Source of the DNA: the human T2T-CHM13v2.0 reference genome, Homo sapiens
Direction: 5' to 3' (one strand)
NCBI RefSeq assembly: GCF_009914755.1
Contig: NC_060938.1
DNA length: 64,000 nt
Both the position numbers and the translations under genes were made by a program. Shown here piece after piece: positions 49,426 through 64,000 of this stretch. The notes below the pieces were generated by a model, which was given only the letters and a program-made list of their open reading frames with translations, did no database searches and was not told the origin of the DNA. Numbering within the stretch: the first letter of the stretch is position 1; each line of letters begins with the position of its first letter.

Positions 49426-50351
49426 TTGGGTAATATTGGTGGTATCCTGGTGGTATGAGTAAACAATAGACTAGAGAAACATGTACCTCAAATAAGGGAC
49501 TTACTTTTTTCACTAAATAAACATCACTTTCCAAAACAAATACGCATCAGGAGGACAGCTCGAGATAAACTCTGAACTAGGATTCAGGCATCTGGATGAA
49601 TGCATCTTCTTCAGCCAGTTCCACCATTAACTCTAAGTATCAACACAGGCGAAATAATTTTCCTTTTCATCTCAAATGTCTTCATCTAAAAAATCCAACT
49701 ACTGGACCAGATGTTCCATAAGTATTATTACAGCCTTTATCAGCCTACCAAATGACTAAGTATTCAAAAGAGTCGATTAACATTATATTCAAAACTTAGA
49801 GCACTGTTTGGTCTACCAGCAAAACAGAACTTAAGGGCAGACGATAAAAAAAATATTTTTAATTAAAAATAGAATTATATACAATTCTCGAGAAGCAAAG
49901 GATGAGTTAAACTACCTATAATAGTTCTCCCTCTAAATGACTAGTGATGAACAAGGTGCATTAACAAAAGGGCGGGGCTCCTTCCCACAGCTTTTTGGGA
50001 ACCGCCCACTTCCCAAAGAGGTGTAACTGCTACCTCCTTGTCTTCATCTGCCAAGAAACTTGAAAGATTAAGGTTTATATTGTCTGAGAGAGGATTTTAT
50101 TTTTCTTTTTACTTGGGTGGGGTTGGCAGTAGTCATCTGGCAAACATATCCTATAAACACCATTATCCACAACGCCAGGTCTCCCCACAAAGTCTTAAAG
50201 ATCTAAGTTTTTAGAGTAATACCAATTTTAAAAAATAAGTTCAGACTATTAACTCAAAATTAGATTACTGTGTTAACAGTAATCAGTGCTGCCAACTGCC
50301 AAGTTTTCGCTTCTCCGAATTATTCACCCTCCCGCGTCTCCGCAGAGGCTA

Positions 50352-50660
<309 letters not shown>

Positions 50661-50678
50661 CTAGCCAGAGAGGCTCAT
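50661..50678 (-). other. uORF ATG AGC CTC TCT GGC TAG (MSLSG*) in RALGAPA1 5'UTR
   Basis: Only upstream ATG seen between 50571 and ~50955; ends 90 nt before the main ATG and is in the same frame. Confidence 0.6.
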
Positions 50679-50792
50679 TAGCTCCCCAGCCTTGCGGGCC
50701 AGGGCAGAGCCGACTCCTTCCCGATCCAGGCCAGGGCCGCCACCTCCACCCGCCTCGCGCCGCGGCTCCAAGGCACCTTCGGCCCCAGCTCC

Positions 50793-50802
50793 AATATGGC
50801 GG
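50793..50802 (+). promoter_or_regulatory. YY1 motif AATATGGCGG (CCGCCATATT on minus)
   Basis: Matches CCGCCATNTT, inside the inferred 5'UTR. Confidence 0.5.
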
Positions 50803-51072
50803 ATCCCTCTCCCGGCCCTGCACGGAGCGAGGTAGACCCGGGCTGGCCGCCTGCCGCCGCCGCTCGTCTCCAGCGGCCGCCGCTCGCCGCCACAGGCCGG
50901 GGCCCCGGACCCAGAGCCACGAAGGTGGAGCTCTCGGCGGCAGGAGCACAACTCTCTCCCTGAGGCCCCCTTAAGGTTGAAGCTTCTTTAGCAGCTTACA
51001 CCCTGCAGAGGCCGAAACGGAGACGAGTGTGGTAGTGATGGGGTTTCACGACTCTGCCGTCGGTGGCGAACG

Positions 51073-51086
51073 GTGTCCGTGGCAAC
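51073..51086. promoter_or_regulatory. RFX X-box-like motif GTGTCCGTGGCAAC
   Basis: Perfect GGCAAC half-site and an imperfect GTNNCC half-site with 2-bp spacer. Confidence 0.55.
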
Positions 51087-51093
51087 CGCCTTC

Positions 51094-51117
51094 TGACGTC
51101 AAGAGTTCTTGACGTCA
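51094..51117. promoter_or_regulatory. Two full consensus CRE sites (TGACGTCA at 51094-51101 and 51110-51117)
   Basis: Exact CREB/ATF palindromes ~150 bp upstream of the inferred TSS. Confidence 0.75.
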
Positions 51118-51812
51118 TGCCAGCATGAGATCACCCGTGGCACTCCCCGCCTTGGTTTCCTGTGTAAGCAGCCAAAGGAGAATCTCAAGAAAGGCAAGGA
51201 AGGTAGTTACTGCGTGCTCCATTGTAAGCCAAATGATAGTAATAAGCAAAGAGAAGTAATCTTTATTAAATATGTCCATGATTTATCTTTGAAAATGTGC
51301 ATAAGTTGTTGTGGCCACCAGATCCTCTAGCAGAAAGATAAACGAAGTTACAGTTGGGCAATTTATTCTGTCCTAAATCTATTACTAATAATATTTCCTG
51401 CACTATGTATGTGATTTCTTTCATATTTTTTCTATTTGCAATATCCCTGTTTTTTGCTGCAAACAACTTGACAACAGAAAGGCTTAAGCAGAGGTATCTA
51501 GGTTTTTTAAATAAAAGTAATCTTGCTTTCCTTTTCTATTGTGCTTTTAAAAATCTTTTCCCCATCTGCACCCCACATAAAGATGAATATATTGTCAGTT
51601 TTTCCTCTGCAAAGAAGAATTCAAGGTTCTTATTACATTGATGGAGTCATCTGAAGAATCTGCAATAGCTGAAAAAAATCCGTGAAATTCTGAATGACAT
51701 AAATTGAAATTTTTATTGGAACCCTTTTTTTTTTTTTCCTTTTTCCTTTTCTTTCCAGACAGGGTCTCTGTGTCCCAGGCAGAAGTGCAGTGGTGTGATC
51801 TCAGCTCACTGA

Positions 51813-52055
<243 letters not shown>

Positions 52056-53266
52056 TAATTTGATAAAGAGTGAGTTTGCTTGTTTGAACTGTTTCCTTCT
52101 ATGTTCTCACCCATAGCAATAGACTTGTCCAATGAAATATGTGATTAACATAGAAAAATAACAAAATCAGCAAAGAAGAGAGATGTAAGACATTTGCCAA
52201 AATTATGTTAAAATATAGTGCTTTGCTTAATGGTAGTTTGTTTCAACAACAATCCTATATTTTTTAAAGTACAAAAAATTTATTCAGTTTCTACATGTAG
52301 GGTTTGTTTGTATCATCAAACTTACAAGCCATACATGTTTTGAGGAAGCTTATAACATAATAGAAAAATAAGGGGATTGTTCAAGAGATTTTAGTTCTAG
52401 TTCCTCTCAGCATCAGTTTTCTTATTAATAAAATCAAAATAAGGTCTGTCCCTCACAGTTTCGTGAAATTTAGGCAATAATACAATGTTTTCAAGCATGA
52501 TCTTTAGAATTACATAGACCTAAATTAGACATTCTGTTTTTCACTTGCAAGGACTTACTTGCTCTCGGGCCCTTGGCATGTAGTTCAGTCTCAGCCTGAT
52601 TTTCCTCATTTGTAAACTACATCAGTGATTGTGATAATTAGGTGAGAAAAGTATTGAAAGTTACATCTATAATGACACATCTCATAACATTCCTTTCCTT
52701 CATAGAATTTAAATACAGTAATTTGTGTAACTGTTTACAGATTCTCTCTTTCATGAGACTGTAAACTCCCTGAGGACAGAGACTGTATAGATTGTCTAAA
52801 GTTGTATCCCAGTCTTCTTGCAAAGTGCTCTTTGCAAGATAGGCTCAATAAATCTGTGTCGAATAGAAGAACGAATGTCACTGTCCCTTCCTTTCTCTTG
52901 CGCAAGTACTCAGTAAATGTTTGGCAAATGAGTGACATAATTTTAGAGAATAAAAATGTAACATATCGTTAAAAATAATTATATGGCTGGTATACCTGAG
53001 AAAAAATGAAAACACCATTGCAAAACAAACTAGTATAATGTAATTTACATATGGCACACCCATCCCACTGCCTGGTTTTTCTCTTCCCATTGATTTAAAT
53101 ATTAAAATTCTTTGAAAGATAAGTCTTCCCCACAGCAGACATAATTATCATGGAAATAAAACCCAGAAATATACCTTTGAAATATTGCTTGTGAGGGCCA
53201 GGCACGGTGGCTCATGCCTGTAATCCCAGCACTTTGGGAGGCCGAGGCAGGCGGATCACAAGGTTA

Positions 53267-53575
<309 letters not shown>

Positions 53576-53869
53576 TTAGTGACTGGGTCTTGCTCTGTCA
53601 TCCAGGCTGGAATGCAGTGGTGCAGTCACAGCTCACTTTAGCCTTAACTTCCTGGACTCAAGCAATCCTCTCACCTCAGCCTCCCATGCAGTTGGTAACA
53701 CAGGCAGGTGCCAAAAAGCCCAGCTAATTAAAAAAAAATTTAGTAGATGGCCAGGCGTGGTGGCTCACTCCTGTAATCCCAGCACTTTGGGAGGCCGAGG
53801 CAGGTGGATTACCTGAGGCCAGGATTTCAAGACCAGCCTGACCAATATGGAGAAACCCCTTCTCTATTA

Positions 53870-54078
<209 letters not shown>

Positions 54079-54189
54079 TCACTATTTTGCCCAGGCTGGT
54101 CTTTAACTCCTGGCCTCAAGGGATCCCCCTACCTCAGCCTCCCAAAGTGTTGGGGTTACAGATTACAGGCATGAACCACCACACCTGGC

Positions 54190-54555
54190 CTACACACAAA
54201 TGTTTATAGCAATTTTATTCCTAACTCCAAAAACTAGAAGCAACCAAGATATCTTTCAGTAGTTAAATGAATAAACATACTGTGGTACATCCATACAATG
54301 GAATATTATTCAGCAATAAAAAGAAATGAGTTCTTGAGCCACAAAAAGACATGTATGACACTTAAATGCATATTGCTAAGTGAAAGAAGCCAGTCTGAAA
54401 ATGCTACATACTGTATGATTCTAGTTATATGACATTCTGGAAAAGGCAATATTATAGCAATAGTAAAAAGATCAGTGGTTGCAAGAGGATTGAGGGGAGG
54501 GAGAAGAAGATTGAATAGGTGAAGGATGGGATATTTTTTAGGGTGGTGAAACTAT
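54190..54555 (+). mobile_element. L1MC-like 3'UTR fragment
   Basis: caaatgtttatagca...gctaagtgaaagaagccagtctgaaaa.gctacatactgtatgatt. Confidence 0.7.
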
Positions 54556-54596
<41 letters not shown>

Positions 54597-54837
54597 AGAC
54601 AGAGTCTCACTCTGTCACCCAGGCTGGAGTACAGTGGTGCAAACTTGGCTCACTGCAACCTCCGCCTCCTGGGGGCTCAACACCACACTCAGCTAATTTG
54701 TTTGACTTTTAGTAAAGATGGGATTTCACCATGTTGCCCAGGCTGGTCTTGAACTTCTGGGCTCAAGCGATCCGCCTGCCTTGGCCTTCTAAAGTGCTGG
54801 GATTACAGGTGTAAGCCACTGTGCCCCACCCCCACCC

Positions 54838-55046
54838 ATATACTTCAAATCATCTCTAGATTCTTTAAAATACCTAATGCAATGTAAATGCTATGTAAAT
54901 AGTTGGTATTCTGTATTGTTTAGGGAATAATGACAAGAAAAAAAAAGTCTGTGTGTGTTCAGTACAGATGTAACCATCCATTTTTTTCTGATTCCTAGTT
55001 GGTGGAATCCACAGATGCAGCACTCATGGATACAGAGGGCCAACTG
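54838..55046. mobile_element. MER2 (TcMar-Tigger) fragment
   Basis: aaatcatctctagatt...tgtaaatgctatgtaaatagttg...gatacagagggccaactg. Confidence 0.75.
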
Positions 55047-55588
55047 CACACATATGTTTACTAGCACATCTATATACACATACCTATAAATATTTCTGTA
55101 CATAACCATCTGTATCTGTATTAAGCTAAACATGAATTAATACCTATGTGGTGCCTCAACTCTAATCCATTACTAGATGAATCATTCTACCCTTCTCCCT
55201 TTACTTATTATAAACTCCCACTCCAACAATAAGATACTTGGTTCCCACCATATACCAAACATTTACTTATTTTATTGCAGTATACATGTATAACAGTATC
55301 AGAATTGTTAACCTACTTTCCCATGAGAAACAACTTTATTAACTAGAGTACCGTGCATATGTACATTTTCTTTTGTCTTTAGTCTTACAGATTCCACTCA
55401 TTCCCAAATAAGTACCTTTTTCTACACCTTCTTTAGTGAGGTTGTTTCATACTTATAATACAGTTTGATTATTTTGTCACATTTTGTGTTCCAGTGGGAT
55501 CCTCTGATTTCTTTTAATGTGCATACGTTAAGGTTCATTCTACATGCTATAAAATAGTTCTATGAGTATTGGCAAATGCATAGGGTCA

Positions 55589-55874
<286 letters not shown>

Positions 55875-55959
55875 TTAAATTAAAAAAAATTTCCCTTAGA
55901 CTACTCAGCAGAAAAAAAAATCTATTATTTTTTCTATCACAAAAAATATTTGGTGAGAA

Positions 55960-57505
<1,546 letters not shown>

Positions 57506-58039
57506 TGTTTTGTAATATCTTTCTATGCACAATTCCTGGCTCACTGCAGCCTCAACCTCCCAGACTCAAGTGAATCTCCCACCTCAGCCTGCTTAGTAGC
57601 TGGTACTATGGGCATGCACTATCATACCTGGCTAATTTTTGTATTTTTTGTAGCGATGGGGTCTCACCATGCTGCCTAGGCTGGTCTTGAGCTCCTGGGT
57701 ACTCAAGCCATCCACCTGCCTTGGCCTCCCGAAGTGCTGGCTACAGGTGTGAGCTGCCTGACCATATCTTTCTACTGTAATTTCATTGATCATGATTTAT
57801 GGTGTTCAGTTATCTTTTGACATTTAATTTTTAAAGAAAGCAAGTAACATTCACAGACAAGTGAAGAAGCATTAAATGAAATATGATTTATTATGAACAG
57901 AGAGCTGAAAATCATACACAGTGAGCATAGAACTCAAGCAAAATATGTTAAGGAGATTTGTTGAAGCAATGACTGCTGATATTATTTAGTAGCATAAGGA
58001 AATGACTCAAATATGGAGACAAGTAAACTATATTTTAAT

Positions 58040-58785
58040 CTTCTCTCTCATGCCCCAAATTTAATTTACTATCAAGTTTTGTCAGTCTTACCTCCCAAAT
58101 ATCTCAAATTTGTCTATTTTGTTTCCCCCACACAGCCTCTACCTGTCTAAACTGTCAGAATATTTTAACACAGTATCTGATTGATATTGAGATAAAGTAT
58201 CATTTTCTACTAAGCAACCAGTGATCTTTTTATAAGAGCTAATCTCAAATCAATGTAATTTTATCACTAATCTCATCTTCTCTTCTCCTCTTACCAACTT
58301 CCCAGTAATAGCCACTGTATTTAGGATTTTAAAAAATCTAATTTCCTTACCATAATTTATCAAGCCTTTGCTTACCTCACCAAACACACCTTGTGTCTCT
58401 TTCATTCTTGAACATTAGTAACCATCCACAGTGGTCTCTTTATTCCTCAAACATGAATATGCCAAGTTTTTTTCTAGTTCAGGACCTTAACATACACTAT
58501 TCTCTCAGCTTATAATGTCCCTCCTCTCATTCCGATCTGGGCTAACTCCTACTCATCTCTCAGGTCTTAGCTGAAATATTACTACTTTAGAGAGGTCTTA
58601 CCTGCCGTCCACTCCCAATCTCAATTGGGTCTCTGTATTATACTCTCCTAACACCATCAGAGAGCATACCTCAGTTTGTCAAGCTGCTTAATATTTATCT
58701 CTCTACTTTTCCCTAAGTTCTATGAAGTCATAAGCTGTGTCTCATTTATTCACCAATGAATCTATTGAATCCAGAACAGTACTTC
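58040..58785 (+). mobile_element. L2 fragment(s)
   Basis: Degenerate L2 3' region wording (ctaactcctactcatc..caggtcttagctgaaat.ttac, tgtctcatttattcacca). Confidence 0.5.
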
Positions 58786-58799
58786 AGGTTAAATACAAA

Positions 58800-58950
58800 T
58801 TATAGGAGGCTGTTGTTTTGGACTAAGTTCCTGCACTAGGCCCCCACAGATCAGACTGAAAGTCAAAATGGAGTCACCTGTGATAAAGTTTCACCTCACC
58901 AAACCTAAACTAGGTTGTTATCTTACCTTCCAAGAATTAAGAGAGAGATA
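58800..58950 (+). mobile_element. ERV1 (MER4-group) LTR 5' fragment
   Basis: ttggactaagttcctgcactaggcccc and caaaatggagtcac motifs. Confidence 0.55.
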
Positions 58951-59956
<1,006 letters not shown>

Positions 59957-60479
59957 TGACCAGGCCGGTCTTAAACTCCTTGGCTCAAGTGATCTGCCCC
60001 CCTCAGCCTCCCAAAGTACTGGTTTTACAGGCGTGAGCCACTGAGCCTGGGGGATTGTTTCATTCTTAAGCAATTGGAATCACATTTTCACGTAGTTGGA
60101 ATAATTATAAGTTGGTCTCATCTAGTTCTCAGTGTAGGTCCTAAAGCCCCTTTAGTTCGAATGATGAGAATATTTATCCTGATTCGATACTAGCTATTAG
60201 TAGCAGCTCTGGTGTCCTATCTTTGTTTTTCCAACTCCTAGCATTTGGCCTGAGTCAATCAGTAGACAAAGTTTACGGATTGTATAGCTGATGTCTCTGC
60301 CCCACCATGTGGTGGAGCCTGGAATTAAATTTGCTTTATTTCAGAAGCTGGATCTGCTGATTAAAAACAAACACAAGGAATATAATGAGGGTAAATCAGA
60401 GTAAAACCTGGAATTCTAACTGCTTCCTTATACCTACTTTATTCCAAACAAAGATGAAATTAAAAATTTTATAAATTTA

Positions 60480-61132
<653 letters not shown>

Positions 61133-61254
61133 TGAGACGGGGTTTCGCCATGTTGCCCAGGCTGGTCTCCAACTCCCAATCTCAAGCGATCCGCCTGCCT
61201 CAGCCTGCCAAAGTGCTGGCACTACAGGCGTAAGCCACTGTGCTGGGTCTGAGA

Positions 61255-62655
61255 CAAATGTTTTTAATAGTGAAAAAATTGGGAGCAGCCTCCCTGTCCA
61301 TTAATAGGTAAATGGGTAAACTGTAATATTCATTCAATAGAATATATTTACTAAATGGAACATGTTATGGCAGGTAAAAATAACTGGATGAGAGCTACCT
61401 GAATCACAATGGGTAAATCTCAAAAACGTCACTAAGGAGAAAGTCAAGTTGTAGCATACGTAATGCATGAGACCACTTAAAAATATGAGCATTTTGAGAC
61501 CGTGCTGGGTTGCCGCCGCCGCTGCAGCCATCGTGCCAGCCCCTCGGGTCTCCGCGAGGCCGGCTGACGGTCCAGAGTGGGAGACAAGCCAATTTGGGAG
61601 CAGATAGGATCCAGCTTCATTCCACATTACTACCAGTTATTTGATAACGATAGACCCCAACTAGGCGCAATTTACATTGACGCATCATGCCTTACGTGGG
61701 AAGGACAACAGTTCCAGGGGAAAGCTGCCATTGTGGAGAAGTTGTCTAGCCTTCGGTTCCAGAAAATCCAGCACAGCATCACCGCGCAGGACCATCAGCT
61801 CACGCCGCATAGCTGCATCATCAGCATGGTTGTGGGCCAGCTTAAGGCGGATGAAGACCGCCATCATGGGGTTCCACCAGATGTTCCTATTAAAGAACAT
61901 CAACAATACTTGGGTTTGCACCAATGACATGTTCAGGCTCGCCCTGCACAACTTTGGCTGACCTCTCAGCAGGCACTCATGCTGTTTCTTGCTCCCTCCT
62001 CTCCCCAGTGCTATTCCCACTCCTCCAGATGCTCCAAATATCATGCACAAATGAGCAGGGCCGTGGCGGGAGTGGGTGCAGTGCGCTGCTGCCGCCGAGG
62101 TGTTGTGCATGATGTTTGGACGCTAGACTAGTTGCATCTGACGGGAGAAGTTTGTATTGTACCAGCGCATGCCTTGGAAAGACTTAAGTAATGCAAAAGA
62201 TTGTCCTTTTTTTTCTTTTAATCTACTGACAAGTTGCTCTAGCAACCCAAAGAAGTGAAGAGAAAGAAGCTGCCTCACCGCCCAGACATTGATTTGTTCA
62301 GATGTTTCAATGCCTCATGATACAATAAAACCACAACATCTTCCTAAAATAAAAAATAATAAAAATAAATAATTAAAATAAAAATATGAGCACTTTAAAC
62401 AGGCCAAACAATACTATATATTATTTTTGGATACATATACAAAAATAGTATGTATAGATGCATGGGTAACCAAAGCACATGGTAACCAAAAACAGGATAC
62501 TAGTTACTCTGGAAAGGGAAGGAGAGAATTAGGATTGAGAAGCATCGGAAGCAAATGTAAAATGCTAACATTTGACAGAGCTGAGAGGTAGGTACTGTGT
62601 TACATATGCAATGTTCTGAATACCTTTCTCTGTGTTTAAATATTTATGACTTAAA
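61255..62655 (+). mobile_element. L1ME-like 3'UTR fragment hosting the NUTF2 retrocopy
   Basis: tgtccattaatagg.aaatgg.taaactgt..tattcat.caatagaata motif on the left; continues after the right TSD. Confidence 0.55.
61496..62379 (+). pseudogene. NUTF2P2: Full-length processed pseudogene of NUTF2 (nuclear transport factor 2); probably NUTF2P2
   Basis: (M)[13 protein letters not shown]...[10 protein letters not shown] with no introns. ATG changed to GTG (61577), +1 frameshift ~61860, AATAAA 62324-62329, poly(A) 62346-62379. TSD aaaaatatgagcaYttt at 61479-61495 and 62380-62396, at a TT/AAAA site. The P-number is from memory. Confidence 0.95.
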
Positions 62656-63789
62656 ATATTACACAAAACAGAATAGAAAAAAAGTATACCCCAAAGAAGA
62701 TAGGGGAGGAAAACTAGAAGCAAAATGCCAAAATTACTATATGTCTACTTTGTACCAGAGCAAACCCAGCAGGAGACGGAGTGCTATGGGATTATCTACC
62801 AAGAATTATGATAGGCATGTTATTGGAGAGAATGACACTGAGCCAGGAGCTAAATTCTTCAAAACGTGAGAGGGAGTGACCCTGGGTTATATAGATGACA
62901 CCCACATATATACTGTGTGGTATATCCTGATGACAAACTGGCAGATTTTAGGGAAGAGGGAAGCAGGAGCCTCTGGATGGAAGAAGGAGAACGAGGAGCA
63001 TACCTACTCCATGACAAGGCTCAGGAGGAGGAGGAGGGTACAAAGGAAGCAAGGTCCTAAGGGAGAGCCATATTTCCTTTAGAACAAGAATGTTGAGGGA
63101 ACAGTTCAGGGAAGAGAATGAAGATATAGGAGATTTTGATGATGACTAGCTATGAGTTTCAGAGCTCTACAAATATGTAAATATGAATGGATTAATAAAA
63201 AGTGAGACTTAAAATATATCTAATGTTTATATAGGCCCTATGCAAAATGTAAAGTGCTACATAAATGTAAGGCATCCTGGACCTCCCAACTGCATAATAA
63301 TAATATAATAATAATAATCATTATTACCCTTTTAACTGCCTTGATTAAGGAAACTTCATTCTGCTTCCATGACTTTATTTTGTATTTTCTAAATCAACAA
63401 AATTATTTTTTAGCCTTATTAACTTTTCCCTATTATGGTTCTTCTCACATTCCCTACGCATCTTTTCTAAAATCTGTTTGAGAGGAGGTGAGAGAAACTC
63501 TTGCCTTAGGCAAAATACTCTCATGCAACTCTAATTGCATAATCTCCTATTATTCTGTCTGCCTTAAAATTAAACTTAATGATGACAGGAATTTTAGAGC
63601 TGGAAGAGAATTTAAAGTTAACACACTGCAAACTTCTTATTTTACAACGGATCAGAGATTATGTGGTTTGCCAAATTTTATCAGTTGGTTACTAGGAGAA
63701 CAAGGCTAGAACCCATGCCTCCTCCTTTCCACCTTTCCTGTTTTTCCTGGAACAGCAGAAACAGAAAGCAACCACTAGAGGCGCACTGT

Positions 63790-64000
63790 ATGCCAGTGGT
63801 TGCACACAGATTTTTATGTCAGACTACCCAAGTTCAAATCTTAGATCTGTTACGTAGTAGCTATGTGACTTTGGCCAAGTACTCTAACTGCTCTGTGCCT
63901 CGGTTTTTTCATCTATAAAATGGAGGGCATAATAGTATCGACTTCATAGGATTGTTATGAGGATTCAGTGAATTAATGTACTTAAAGCACATAACACACT
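63790..64000 (+). mobile_element. MIR
   Basis: gttcaaatc...ctatgtgactttggccaagt..ctaac..ctctgtgcctcggtttt..catctataaaatgg. Confidence 0.75.

Noticed and set aside
61334-62112. ORFs of 62-141 aa on both strands around the NUTF2 copy
   Set aside because: They are shifted or antisense frames of the retrocopy; the sense frame has lost its ATG and is frameshifted.
62597-64000. Start of a neighbouring gene at the right end
   Set aside because: No CpG island, splice-supported exon or recognisable protein; only short ORFs in L2/MIR-like and unique DNA.

Overview
Primate (human-like) genomic DNA, very rich in Alu and L1. It holds the 5' part of RALGAPA1 (Ral GTPase-activating protein catalytic subunit alpha 1) on the minus strand: a CpG-island promoter (~50.3-51.15 kb), coding exon 1 (50465-50570), a 33-kb intron 1, and coding exons 2-6 (17373-17483, 16744-16793, 12680-12737, 4450-4493, 2569-2746). 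All splice sites are GT-AG and the exons join in one frame (547 nt); the gene continues past the window's left edge. There are two processed pseudogenes on +: a 5'-truncated QRSL1 copy in intron 4 and a full-length NUTF2 copy upstream of the promoter. A U13/SNORD13 retrocopy lies in intron 1. Most other ORFs in the track are Alu- or L1-derived noise. Notable structures the standard features do not explain: (i) a ~150-bp inverted templated insertion flanked by a perfect 22-bp direct repeat, and a second, older template-switch scar 2 kb away; (ii) an L1 3' transduction carrying ~340 bp of foreign DNA between perfect 19-bp target-site duplications (TSDs); (iii) a palindromic double CRE next to an RFX X-box in the promoter; (iv) a 5'UTR with an in-frame uORF and an in-frame CUG that would add an MGAGCGS... 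N-terminus resembling myristoylation/palmitoylation signals; (v) exon phases that would make circRNAs of exons 2-4 or 2-6 stop-free. I see no clear evidence of a wholly new multi-gene system. Repeat family names come from recalled consensus sequences, and repeat boundaries are approximate.
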